Source of the DNA: Parcubacteria group bacterium Greene0416_39
GTDB lineage: Bacteria; Patescibacteriota; Minisyncoccia; Minisyncoccales; UBA10102
Reading direction: 5' to 3'
DNA length: 64,000 nt
NCBI GenBank assembly: GCA_007375675.1
Contig: VMEU01000003.1
Span: 8,692 to 72,691 of the forward strand
The position numbers were made by a program, and so were the translations under genes. The first letter of the stretch is position 1; each line of letters starts with the position of its first letter. Below are positions 9,753-19,196 of this stretch, piece after piece. The notes beneath the pieces were generated by a model that had not been told where the DNA came from, did not search any database, and was given only the letters and a program-made list of their open reading frames with translations.

Positions 9753-11684
9753 ATGAAAGAAAAACCTACAAATAAATACACGGCTAAGGACATTGACGTT
9801 CTGCAAGGGTTAGAGCCAGTGCGGAAAAGACCTGCCATGTATATTGGTTCCACAGGCCCTGACGGCTTGCACCATTTGATTTGGGAAATTCTAGATAATG
9901 CCATTGACGAAGCAATGGCAGGATATGCAAAAAACATTGATATTACCTTGCTGCCTGAAGATAAGGTTTTTGTGAAAGATGACGGCCGAGGAATTCCCAT
10001 AGACATACATCGCCAAACAAAGAAATCTGCCCTAGAAACCGTTTTGACAACCTTGCACGCCGGAGCAAAGTTTGGAGGCAAAGCATACCAGGTTTCAGGA
10101 GGTTTGCATGGGGTGGGAGCTTCAGTGGTGAACGCGCTCTCGCTTCACATGAAGGCCCAGGTATGCCGGGAAGGAACAAGGTATGAACAAGAGTATGCAA
10201 AAGGGAAAGCCATAACAAAACTTAAAAAAGTGGGGCCGTGCAGGGACCGCGGCACGACAATTGAGTTTGAGCCAGATAGAAGTATTTTTGGACAAGTTAT
10301 CAAGTTTGAGGATAAACGCATTCTCAACCACCTTCGCCAGCAAGCGTATCTCACTTCAGGGGTGCGAATAACGTTTCTTGACGCAAGAGAAAAAGGTAAA
10401 CTGCCATACACCTTCTATTTTGAAGGAGGAGTGGCTTCCTACGTGAAATACCTTACGAGAGGAGTTTCTCCTCATCACGAGAATTTGTTCTATATAAAAG
10501 GAGAGAAAGAAGAAATTCTCGTGGAAGTTGCATTCCGATACACGGAGGAATTTGAGATTTACGAGGAGAGCTTTGCCAATAACATTCCTACTAAAGAAGG
10601 AGGAACGCACCTTACAGGATTCAAAGCAGCTCTAACCCGCGGCATCAACGATTACGCAAAGAAAAATAATGTGTTTAAAAACGGCGACGAAGGGCTTACC
10701 GGAGATGATGTGAGAGAAGGGTTGACCGCAGTGGTCTCGGTAAAAATTAAGGAGCCGCAGTTTGAGGGCCAGACAAAGGCAAAACTTGGAAACCCTGAAG
10801 CAAAAAATGCCGTGGAGTCAGTAGTGGCAGAAGGGCTTGCGGATTTCTTTGAAAGAAATCCGCAAGACGCAAAGCTCATCATTGAGAAATGTTTGCTGTC
10901 TTCTAAGGCTCGCAAAGCCGCCAAGGCGGCCCGCCAAACCATTTTAAGAAAAGGGATTTTAGAAGGCCTCGCTCTGCCAGGCAAGCTCGCAGACTGCGCG
11001 TCCAAAGACCCAGAAGAATCAGAACTATACCTGGTGGAAGGAGAGTCTGCGGGCGGCTCGGGCAAGCAGGCGCGAGACAGAAGGTTCCAGGCGATTTTGC
11101 CCCTACGAGGAAAAATTCTTAACGTGGAGCGGGCTCGTTTGGATAAGATGCTTGAGTCAAAAGAGATCAAAAACCTTATCATCGCGTTGGGTACTGCCAT
11201 AGCAGAAGATTTTGACATTGAAAAACTCCGCTACCATAGAGTTATAATCATGTGCGACGCAGATTCAGACGGAAACCATATTCGCACCCTTATCCTTACA
11301 CTGTTTTATCGGTACTTCCGTGTTTTGGTTGAACGAGGATATATCTATATTGCCCAGCCGCCCTTATATAAAATCCAAACGGGAAAACGCCTTGAATACG
11401 CCTATTCAGAAGAGGGGAAAGACAAGATTGTAGCAGCACTCAAAAAAGAAGGGAACGTCTCCCAAAAGCCAAATCTCCAGCGCTACAAAGGGTTGGGAGA
11501 AATGAACCCAATGGAACTTTGGGAAACCACCATGAACCCTGAAAAGCGCACACTCTTGCAGGTGACCATTGAAGACACAAAAGAAGCAGACCGCATCTTT
11601 GACATTTTAATGGGCGACGAGGTACTACCCAGGAAAAAGTTTATACAGACGTATGCCAAATCAGTGAGAAACCTTGACATTTAG
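9753..11684 (+). CDS. gyrB: DNA gyrase subunit B
   Basis: VRKRPAMYIG, GGLHGVG, VEGESAGG, PLRGKILN, RYKGLGEMN. Confidence 0.96.
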   Translation: MKEKPTNKYTAKDIDVLQGLEPVRKRPAMYIGSTGPDGLHHLIWEILDNAIDEAMAGYAKNIDITLLPEDKVFVKDDGRGIPIDIHRQTKKSALETVLTTLHAGAKFGGKAYQVSGGLHGVGASVVNALSLHMKAQVCREGTRYEQEYAKGKAITKLKKVGPCRDRGTTIEFEPDRSIFGQVIKFEDKRILNHLRQQAYLTSGVRITFLDAREKGKLPYTFYFEGGVASYVKYLTRGVSPHHENLFYIKGEKEEILVEVAFRYTEEFEIYEESFANNIPTKEGGTHLTGFKAALTRGINDYAKKNNVFKNGDEGLTGDDVREGLTAVVSVKIKEPQFEGQTKAKLGNPEAKNAVESVVAEGLADFFERNPQDAKLIIEKCLLSSKARKAAKAARQTILRKGILEGLALPGKLADCASKDPEESELYLVEGESAGGSGKQARDRRFQAILPLRGKILNVERARLDKMLESKEIKNLIIALGTAIAEDFDIEKLRYHRVIIMCDADSDGNHIRTLILTLFYRYFRVLVERGYIYIAQPPLYKIQTGKRLEYAYSEEGKDKIVAALKKEGNVSQKPNLQRYKGLGEMNPMELWETTMNPEKRTLLQVTIEDTKEADRIFDILMGDEVLPRKKFIQTYAKSVRNLDI

Positions 11685-11742
11685 GAAGAACTGATCTACA
11701 ATGGGGGTATAATGGCCCTTAGGGCCGTTTTAACAAAGACGT

Positions 11743-11934
11743 ATGAATGCTTTTTCTCGCATTGTTGAATTTTTAAAGGAGGCAAGGGTTGAAGCGAAGA
11801 AAGTGGCTTGGCCGTCTAAAAAACAAGTGGTGCGCCATACTATAGTAGTGGTTGCGTTATCTTTGTTTGTTGCAGTTATCCTCGGGGCCTTTGATTTCAT
11901 TTTTGCAACCATTCTTGAAAGATTTATCTTGTAA
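11743..11934 (+). CDS. secE: preprotein translocase SecE
   Basis: E.KKVAWPS motif, one TM, upstream of nusG. Confidence 0.93.
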   Translation: MNAFSRIVEFLKEARVEAKKVAWPSKKQVVRHTIVVVALSLFVAVILGAFDFIFATILERFIL

Positions 11935-11946
11935 GGAAAAGCGAAC

Positions 11947-12492
11947 ATGGCTAAACAACAGCTTGCCCAAGAAAGAAACTGGTACGTCATTCATACCTAT
12001 TCAGGGTATGAAGACGCGGTAGCAAGAAACCTCAAGCAGAGAATTGAGTCTTTGGGCATGCAAGACAAAATCTTTTCTGTTTTGGTTCCCAAAGAAAAGA
12101 AAATCAAAATCAAGAATGGGAAGAGAAAGCTCGTGGAAGAGAAAATTTATCCAGGATACGTGTTAGTTGAGATGATTGTTACCGATGATTCTTGGTATGT
12201 GGTGCGCAACACGCCAAACGTGACAGGATTTGTGGGTTCTGGCACCACGCCAATTCCTGTGGAGACGGCAGAGATTGAATCTTTGAAGAAACGCATGGGC
12301 GTGGATGAACCTCTCTACCTAATTGAAGTGGAGCCAGGAGATGTGGTAAAGATAACAGACGGGCCCTTTCGCGACTTTGAAGGCAAGGTTTCCAATGTGG
12401 ATCAGGAACGGGGCAAGGTAAAGGTGCTGGTGAATATGTTTGGCCGAGATACCCCTGTTGAGTTAGATTCCCTGCAAATTAAGAAGTTATAA
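11947..12492 (+). CDS. nusG: transcription termination/antitermination factor NusG
   Basis: WYVIHTYSGYE, YPGYVLV, KOW, FGRDTPVEL. Confidence 0.97.
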   Translation: MAKQQLAQERNWYVIHTYSGYEDAVARNLKQRIESLGMQDKIFSVLVPKEKKIKIKNGKRKLVEEKIYPGYVLVEMIVTDDSWYVVRNTPNVTGFVGSGTTPIPVETAEIESLKKRMGVDEPLYLIEVEPGDVVKITDGPFRDFEGKVSNVDQERGKVKVLVNMFGRDTPVELDSLQIKKL

Positions 12493-12569
12493 TGCAAATC
12501 CACGAATGATATGCGAATGCCGCAAATATATATTCGCATCATTCGCATAGATTTGTAGATTAGCATTAT
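12489..12569. repeat. ~80-bp intergenic palindromic element (TAATGCRAAT family), copy 1
   Basis: Terminal inverted repeats; four similar copies elsewhere in the window. Confidence 0.85.
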
Positions 12570-12575
12570 ATTTTT

Positions 12576-12998
12576 ATGGCAAAAAAAATCAAAAAACTTG
12601 TAAGATTGCACATTGCTGCGGGGGCCGCAACGCCTGCCCCTCCTGTTGGCCCGAGCCTAGCTCAGCACGGCGTGAATATTGGGGAGTTTTGCAAAAAATT
12701 CAATGACCTTACGAAAGATAAGGCAGGCTTTAAGATTCCCGTTGATATTACAATTTATGAAGATCGGAGCTATGATATGAAACTCCACGAGCCGCCAGCT
12801 TCCTCGTTGCTCAAAAAGGCTGCTGGGGTTGAAAAGGGCTCTGGAACTCCAAACAAAACAAAGGTAGGCAAAATCTCAAAAAGTCAGCTTGAAGACATTG
12901 CCCGCCAAAAAATGGTTGACTTGAATACAGAAGACCTTCAGAGTGCAATAAGAATTATTGAGGGCACAGCGAAGAACATGGGTATTACAATAGAATAA
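12576..12998 (+). CDS. rplK: 50S ribosomal protein L11
   Basis: [25 protein letters not shown]. Confidence 0.97.
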   Translation: MAKKIKKLVRLHIAAGAATPAPPVGPSLAQHGVNIGEFCKKFNDLTKDKAGFKIPVDITIYEDRSYDMKLHEPPASSLLKKAAGVEKGSGTPNKTKVGKISKSQLEDIARQKMVDLNTEDLQSAIRIIEGTAKNMGITIE

Positions 12999-13001
12999 AG
13001 T

Positions 13002-13583
13002 ATGATACTTTCTGACCAAGACATTAAAAAATATATTGCAGAAGGCAAGATACAAGTGTACCCTGCGCCGGATTTTGAAGCTCAGCTTGGGCCTTGTTCT
13101 CTTGACCTTCACTTGGGCAGCAGCTTTAAGGTTTTTAGGCAATCTCAATACCCCTACATTGATCTCAAACGTAAGATTAACCTTGAAGAAGTGATGGAAG
13201 AAATTCAGGTTGCAGAAGACGGCGGCCCGTTTATACTTCAGCCAAAAGATTTTGTGTTGGCAATCACAAAAGAATCTTTTACGCTTCCAAATGATCTGAT
13301 GGGGCGTCTCGACGGAAGGAGTTCACTTGGCCGCCTTGGCATGGTGGTACATTCCACTGCTGCTCGTTTTGACCCTGGTTGGTCAGGAAAGGCAGTGATG
13401 GAACTCGGAAACCTTGGAATTATGCCCGTGGTTCTGTATTCTGGGATGAGAGTGTGTGCCCTCACATTTGAGACGCTCTCGAGCCCCTGTGAAACCCCCT
13501 ATGGCACAAAATCAACACATAAATACGCTTCCCAAGAGTCTCCCCAAGCAAGCAAAATCAACAAGGAGTTTGAAGGAAAATAG
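13002..13583 (+). CDS. dcd: dCTP deaminase
   Basis: MILSDQDI, GRSSLGRLG, H.TA..FDPGW.G. Confidence 0.92.
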   Translation: MILSDQDIKKYIAEGKIQVYPAPDFEAQLGPCSLDLHLGSSFKVFRQSQYPYIDLKRKINLEEVMEEIQVAEDGGPFILQPKDFVLAITKESFTLPNDLMGRLDGRSSLGRLGMVVHSTAARFDPGWSGKAVMELGNLGIMPVVLYSGMRVCALTFETLSSPCETPYGTKSTHKYASQESPQASKINKEFEGK

Positions 13584-13584
13584 A

Positions 13585-14538
13585 TTAGAAGCCGCCAACG
13601 ACGGTGATTTCGCCTTTGATTGGGGGGTGGGGGTCGTAGCCTTCGATGGTAATATCGTCGAACGTAAACTCGTCGATATTTTTTATTTGAGGATTCAGCT
13701 TGAGCGTGGGGAATGGGCGTGGGTCTCTTAAAAGCTGTTCTTTCACCTGGTCGAAGTGGTTGTTGTATATATGCACGTCGCCGAATGTGTGCACAAACTC
13801 GCCAGGTTCGTATCCCGTCACGTGAGCTATCATATGGGTCAACAAGGCATAGCTTGCGATATTAAAAGGCACTCCAAGAAACATATCTGCGGAGCGTTGA
13901 TACAGCTGGAGCGATAGTTTTCCGTTCGCTATATAAAACTGGAACATGGTGTGGCAAGGAGGCAAGGCCATTGCCTGTTCTGGGGTTGCTGCCATTTCAT
14001 AGACATATTCCGGGTTCCAGGCCGAAACAATATAATGTTTGCGGTCAGGGTGTGACTTGAGTTTTGGAACTACCCAAGCTAATTGATCAATTTCTCTGCC
14101 ATCGGATGTTTTCCACCTCCGCCACTGTTTTCCATAGACTGGTCCAAGCTCGCCCCATTGTTTGGCAAATTCATTATCTTCTTTAATCTTCGTGGTAAAG
14201 TCGTCTTGGCTCATTTTGGGAACTGCGCCGGTTTCCATCGCTTTCTTGTAATTTTTATATGCCCATTCGTCCCAAATGTGCACATTATTATCTACAAGAT
14301 ATTTAATATTCGAATCGCCCTTCAAAAACCACAAAAGCTCGTGAACAATCCCTCTCCAAAAAACCTTTTTTGTAGTTAAGAGAGGGAATCCCTGTGAAAG
14401 ATCAAATCGGATTTGCCTGCCAAACACCGATTTTATCTCAGCATCGGTATTGTGTACTCCTTTTGTTACCCCACTTCCTAAAATATCTCTGAGTAGATTG
14501 AGATATTGGTACTCGGGATGTTGAGAATTGGAAATCAT
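13585..14538 (-). CDS. thyA: thymidylate synthase
   Basis: [28 protein letters not shown]. Confidence 0.97.
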   Translation of the reverse strand: MISNSQHPEYQYLNLLRDILGSGVTKGVHNTDAEIKSVFGRQIRFDLSQGFPLLTTKKVFWRGIVHELLWFLKGDSNIKYLVDNNVHIWDEWAYKNYKKAMETGAVPKMSQDDFTTKIKEDNEFAKQWGELGPVYGKQWRRWKTSDGREIDQLAWVVPKLKSHPDRKHYIVSAWNPEYVYEMAATPEQAMALPPCHTMFQFYIANGKLSLQLYQRSADMFLGVPFNIASYALLTHMIAHVTGYEPGEFVHTFGDVHIYNNHFDQVKEQLLRDPRPFPTLKLNPQIKNIDEFTFDDITIEGYDPHPPIKGEITVVGGF

Positions 14539-14555
14539 TATGATACTATACCACA

Positions 14556-15047
14556 ATGAAAGCGTTTATCATAGCAGCCCTCACCGCAGACGGGTTTATC
14601 GCAAAAAGTTCCCAGCATCTTACAGATTGGACAAGCAAGGAAGACAAACATTTTTTTGTGGAGAAAACCAAGCAGGCAGGGGTAGTCGTATTTGGCCAGA
14701 ATACCTTTGAAACCATTAGGAAACCGTTGAAAGATCGTTTGACCATTGTCTATTCCAAAGATAAGCAGTATGAGGGCGTAGAGGTGACACAAAAAGATCC
14801 TCGAGAGCTTTTGGAAGATTTGGAAAAAAGGGGATACAAAGAGGTTGCAATCTGCGGGGGAGCGACTATTTACACCATGTTTATGCAAGCAGGAGTGGTA
14901 GACAAACTATACTTGAGCGTTGAACCAGTGTTTTTTGGCCAGGGTCTTACGCTTTTTACTAAAGAGCTCGACAAGAAATTAGAGCTTGTATCTGTACAAA
15001 AACTTGGCGACCACACCGTTCTTTTGGAATACATCGTAACAAACTAA
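14556..15047 (+). CDS. folA: dihydrofolate reductase
   Basis: [23 protein letters not shown]; next to thyA. Confidence 0.88.
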   Translation: MKAFIIAALTADGFIAKSSQHLTDWTSKEDKHFFVEKTKQAGVVVFGQNTFETIRKPLKDRLTIVYSKDKQYEGVEVTQKDPRELLEDLEKRGYKEVAICGGATIYTMFMQAGVVDKLYLSVEPVFFGQGLTLFTKELDKKLELVSVQKLGDHTVLLEYIVTN

Positions 15048-15048
15048 T

Positions 15049-15603
15049 ATGGTTCTGGGAATTAAGGAATTGCAAATACTTGTAAAAGAAAAGGGTCTTG
15101 TGCAAGGACTTTCTGAACGCGAACTCACCAACCCAGAGGGCGCGGGATTTGATTTGAGGATAGGGGAGTTGTATGAGGTTTCAGGCCAGGGATTTCTTGG
15201 GATAGAGCAGAGAGAAACTCCTGAAATGAAATTGATAGAGAAATATGAAGCGAGCACGTCCGCCGACGAGGCGGAAAAAATAGTACTACTTAAGCCCCAT
15301 ACCTATTACGTAATGAAAACCGTGGAAGAGGTGAATATGCCAGAAAATTTGCTGGCAATTATGACTCCACGTTCTACGTTATTTCGTTCTGGCGTGTATG
15401 TCTTTGGAGGCCAGGTTCCTCCAGGGTACAAAGGAGGGCTCAGTATGGGTATCTATAATTATCGAGACACCGATTTTCGCCTAGAGATGGGCGCACGAGT
15501 GGTGCACATTATGTTTTTTGAGGTTAAGGGAGAAGGAAATCTGTACCGCGGCCAGTGGCAAGGCGGCAGAGTAACCACAGACCAAAAAGAAACCCAAGTA
15601 TAA
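15049..15603 (+). CDS. dUTPase/dCTP deaminase family protein
   Basis: GAGFDLR, PRSTLFRSG, PGYKG, YRGQWQG. Confidence 0.85.
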   Translation: MVLGIKELQILVKEKGLVQGLSERELTNPEGAGFDLRIGELYEVSGQGFLGIEQRETPEMKLIEKYEASTSADEAEKIVLLKPHTYYVMKTVEEVNMPENLLAIMTPRSTLFRSGVYVFGGQVPPGYKGGLSMGIYNYRDTDFRLEMGARVVHIMFFEVKGEGNLYRGQWQGGRVTTDQKETQV

Positions 15604-16286
15604 TGCAAAAGAATACGTATCCGGGGAAATTTATTGTGTTTGAGGGGATTGATGGTTCGGGGAAATCTATACAGTTAAAATTATTGCTTAATCGTCTGAA
15701 AAAAGAAGGGTACAATACTGCGTTTTTTGATTTTCCTCAATACGGGAAAAAATCTGCTGGTCTAGCAGAGGAATATCTATCTGGTGCATATGGGTCTGCC
15801 AGAGAGGTGGGGCCTTTTCGTTCTTCCATTTTTTATGCTTGCGATAGGTATGACGCGAGTTTTCAGTTGAAGAAATATCTTAAAGAAGGAAGAATTGTTG
15901 TGAGTGACCGCTATGTTGGATCAAATATGGCCCATCAAGGAGGGAAGATAAAATCTCAAAAAGAAAGAGAGAAATTCTTCGCTTGGCTCCATGAACTGGA
16001 ATATGAGATATTTGGAATTCCAAAACCAACAAAGTCTTTCTTTTTGCATGTACCCCTAGAGATAGCAGGCAAACTTCGGGAAAATCCTGAGCGCCGAAAG
16101 AAAAAGAAAAAAGATATTCACGAAACAGACTTTGAACATCTCAAAAATGCCCAGCACGCGTATCTTCATGCAATGAAGGTATTTCCAAAAGATTTCACCG
16201 CCATTGAATGCGCGCCCAAAGGAATATTGCTTGCGCCTAAAATAATCCATGAAAAAATCTGGAAAGAAGTAAAAAAGCTTCTATGA
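15603..16286 (+). CDS. tmk: thymidylate kinase
   Basis: FEGIDGSGKS P-loop, SDRY. Confidence 0.93.
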   Translation: MQKNTYPGKFIVFEGIDGSGKSIQLKLLLNRLKKEGYNTAFFDFPQYGKKSAGLAEEYLSGAYGSAREVGPFRSSIFYACDRYDASFQLKKYLKEGRIVVSDRYVGSNMAHQGGKIKSQKEREKFFAWLHELEYEIFGIPKPTKSFFLHVPLEIAGKLRENPERRKKKKKDIHETDFEHLKNAQHAYLHAMKVFPKDFTAIECAPKGILLAPKIIHEKIWKEVKKLL

Positions 16287-17731
16287 AATATATTCCTACT
16301 ATTGGCCTTGAAATTCATGCAGAGCTCAAAACAAAAAGCAAGATGTTTTGCTCTTGTTTAAACGATCCTTTGGAAAAGCACCCGAACGTGAACATTTGCC
16401 CCATTTGTATGGGGCACCCCGGAACGCTTCCTACAGCGAATGGAGAAGCGATCAATAAGGTGATTAAGGTTGGGCTTGCCTTGGGCTGCGCCATCCCTGA
16501 AAAATCAAAATTTGACCGAAAAAGTTATTTCTACCCAGACCTTCCCAAAGGGTACCAGATAAGCCAGTATGATATGCCATTCTGCGCTAAGGGCATTTTG
16601 AAGGTGGGGGAGCGAGATATACATATCACGAGGGTGCATCTTGAAGAAGATACCGGGCGGCTCATTCATCCCGCAGGAGCAGACTATTCTTTGGTTGATT
16701 TTAATAGGGCAGGCGTTCCGCTCATGGAACTTGTTACCGAACCAGATATCACTTCTGCAAAAGAGGCCTCTGCTTTTGCTCAAGAACTCCAAGTTATCTT
16801 GCGATATCTTGGTGCTTCTGATGCGGATATGGAACGGGGGCAGATGAGAGTGGAAGCTAATATTTCGGTAAGACCGGAGGGGCAGAAGACATTAGGAACA
16901 AAAGTAGAGGTTAAGAACCTCAACTCATTCCGATCTGTTCACGACGCCATTGAATTTGAGATTAAGAGACAGATAGAGGTTCTTGAGTCAGGAACCAAGG
17001 TTGTACAAGTAACCATGGGGTGGAATTCAACTACTGGGACTACGTTTGTCCAAAGAGAAAAAGAGTCTGCGCATGACTATAGGTATTTCCCAGAACCAGA
17101 CCTCCCTCCGTTTCACTTTACCAAAGAATACATTACTTCTCTCAAGGCAAAGCTTCCCGAGCTTCCTCAGGCAAGGAAACAGCGATTTTTAACAGAATAT
17201 AAGCTTTCACCCAATGAAGTTGAGATTTTGGTACAGGAAAAGGATCTTGGCGAATACTTTGAGAAAGTGTTGAGCGAGCTTGGAGAGAATATTCCCAAGG
17301 ATTTGCTTTATCGCAAGATAAAACTTTCTGCAAACTATATTCTTTCTGACCTTTTGGGACTTTTACAGGGAGCTTCTGTAAAAGAAGAAGATTTTCTTAT
17401 TACCCCAGAAAACTTTGCAGAACTCGTCAACCTCATTGATGAAAATAAAATCTCAAGCGCAATTGCAAAGCAAGTGTTGAAAGAAATGTTTGCCAAAGGC
17501 GGCGACCCGTCTCATATCATTGAAGAAAGGGGATTGGCCCAAGTGACCAATGAAAAAGAAATAGAAACCATCGCAAAAGAAGTTATTGCTCAAAATCCCA
17601 AAGCCGTAGAGGATTTCAAAAAAGGTAAATCAAACGCCTTGCAGTTTTTGGTAGGTCAGCTCATGTCCAAAACCAAAGGAACGGCAAATCCACAGATTAT
17701 CCAGGGGGTCTTGACAAAATTACTCGGGTAG
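16283..17731 (+). CDS. gatB: Asp/Glu-tRNA amidotransferase subunit B
   Basis: IGLEIH, YFYPDLPKGYQISQ, DYRYFPEPDL. Confidence 0.97.
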   Translation: MKYIPTIGLEIHAELKTKSKMFCSCLNDPLEKHPNVNICPICMGHPGTLPTANGEAINKVIKVGLALGCAIPEKSKFDRKSYFYPDLPKGYQISQYDMPFCAKGILKVGERDIHITRVHLEEDTGRLIHPAGADYSLVDFNRAGVPLMELVTEPDITSAKEASAFAQELQVILRYLGASDADMERGQMRVEANISVRPEGQKTLGTKVEVKNLNSFRSVHDAIEFEIKRQIEVLESGTKVVQVTMGWNSTTGTTFVQREKESAHDYRYFPEPDLPPFHFTKEYITSLKAKLPELPQARKQRFLTEYKLSPNEVEILVQEKDLGEYFEKVLSELGENIPKDLLYRKIKLSANYILSDLLGLLQGASVKEEDFLITPENFAELVNLIDENKISSAIAKQVLKEMFAKGGDPSHIIEERGLAQVTNEKEIETIAKEVIAQNPKAVEDFKKGKSNALQFLVGQLMSKTKGTANPQIIQGVLTKLLG

Positions 17732-17739
17732 TGTATAAT
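17711..17739 (+). promoter_or_regulatory. sigma70-type promoter
   Basis: Consensus TTGACA-17-TATAAT overlapping the gatB end. Confidence 0.75.
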
Positions 17740-17778
17740 AGGGATTAGTCAGGTTATTGTCGGAAGGGGGAAAGATCT

Positions 17779-18129
17779 ATGGAGACCAAGTTTGCAGTTC
17801 TGCGGAAGGTAAGTGGGAGGAACTTCCAATCCCTAATCAGTGTCAAGGAGAGGCAGAATGCCCAGTTCTTTTACTACTCAATTGTCAGTATGCTGCAAGC
17901 ATCGGACAAGGGTCGAGCAGGTCTCTACGAGAATTACCAGTCAGGCGTAGAGATAAGCGCAATCACCCAGGAAGAAGGGAAAGAATTGGAGCAGAAAGTG
18001 ACCGAGATGATGCTCCAAGCTCTCGCCTGGGAGGCAGGGACCGGGACCCTTACGATCACCGCCGTTGCCTACCAGCCAGCCCTACCTGCGGTTGGGACCA
18101 CCATTGAGCCCGTGGCTCTACGTTCGTAG
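17779..18129 (+). CDS. hypothetical protein (single-gene cassette)
   Basis: AAGGGGG SD, own promoter, hairpin 18189-18230. Confidence 0.6.
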   Translation: METKFAVLRKVSGRNFQSLISVKERQNAQFFYYSIVSMLQASDKGRAGLYENYQSGVEISAITQEEGKELEQKVTEMMLQALAWEAGTGTLTITAVAYQPALPAVGTTIEPVALRS

Positions 18130-18239
18130 GTTCCAAGCCTCAAAGGGCTCACAGGAACAAGAGGTATGCCCGCCAGGTCAACTAAGGCCCCCGATGAGTT
18201 ACTTGCATCCTGCAAGAACTTATCGGGGGTTATATGTTT

Positions 18240-19160
18240 TTATAAAAGAAATTGGCGAACTAAGATTTCTGCTTCTTGAGAACTTTTTATCCAGTGGATG
18301 CGGGGATCTTTTTTGAACCAGGTCATCTGGCGGCGGGCGAAATCTTTGATTGCTTTTTGAAGTTTTGATTTCATTTCTTCCAAGGAAAGTTTTTCCTGGA
18401 GATATTGCGCAATAAATCGATATTCAAGGCCTAATTCTTCCAAGCGTTTCCACGACAAACCTTGTTTGTGGAGGTTTGCGACTTCCTCGATCATGCCCTG
18501 CTTGAAGCGTTTTGTGAGGCGTTGAGTAATAAGTTTTTGGATTTCGGATTTTGACTTTTTGATTCCAATAAATAAGACATCACTAGCATACCATGGTGCT
18601 GTAGTGAGTATGGATTTTTGAAGTGGGGGAACAGGTTTTCCAGTGGAAAGGACAATCTCGAGGGCGCGGATAAGGCGTCTTTTATTCCTGCCTTGTCCTG
18701 AGCTTTGTTGAAGGGTTCTTGCCCTTTCAGGGTCGAGCTTTTTCAGCTTGAGAAAGAGTTCCTGGACTGATAGTTTTTCCAGTTTTTTGCGCAAGAGGGG
18801 ATTGGGTTTCACCGCAGGAATAGTCCAGCCGTCAACAACCGAGTAGATGTAAAAAGGGCTTCCGCCAACAAGAATGGGAAGTTTCCCTTGCCGTGCAATT
18901 GAAGCCATGGCTTCAATTGCACGTGAACGATACTGCGATACGGTAAATCTTTTCTTTGGAGAAGCAACATCCAAAAGATGATGGGGGATTCCCATCATTT
19001 CTTTTTGAGTGATTTTTCCTGTTCCAATAGTAAGCCCCTTGTATACCTGTCTTGAATCGGCAGATATAATTTCTCCATTGAATTTCTTTGCCAACTGTAC
19101 GCCAAGAGCGCTCTTCCCGGATGCAGTTGGACCCAAGAGAACAACAAGTTTTTTCATCAT
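18240..19160 (-). CDS. miaA: tRNA dimethylallyltransferase
   Basis: GPTASGKS, SADSRQVY, FARRQMTWF. Confidence 0.95.
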   Translation of the reverse strand: MMKKLVVLLGPTASGKSALGVQLAKKFNGEIISADSRQVYKGLTIGTGKITQKEMMGIPHHLLDVASPKKRFTVSQYRSRAIEAMASIARQGKLPILVGGSPFYIYSVVDGWTIPAVKPNPLLRKKLEKLSVQELFLKLKKLDPERARTLQQSSGQGRNKRRLIRALEIVLSTGKPVPPLQKSILTTAPWYASDVLFIGIKKSKSEIQKLITQRLTKRFKQGMIEEVANLHKQGLSWKRLEELGLEYRFIAQYLQEKLSLEEMKSKLQKAIKDFARRQMTWFKKDPRIHWIKSSQEAEILVRQFLL

Positions 19161-19196
19161 TCGTATATTCGTACGAAATTCGTAATTCGTAGATTT

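Noticed and set aside
10652..11218. Long antisense ORFs (also 39417-40043, 34536-35066, 57347-57835)
   Set aside because: Shadows of gyrB, rplL, trmD and gltX with no independent motifs
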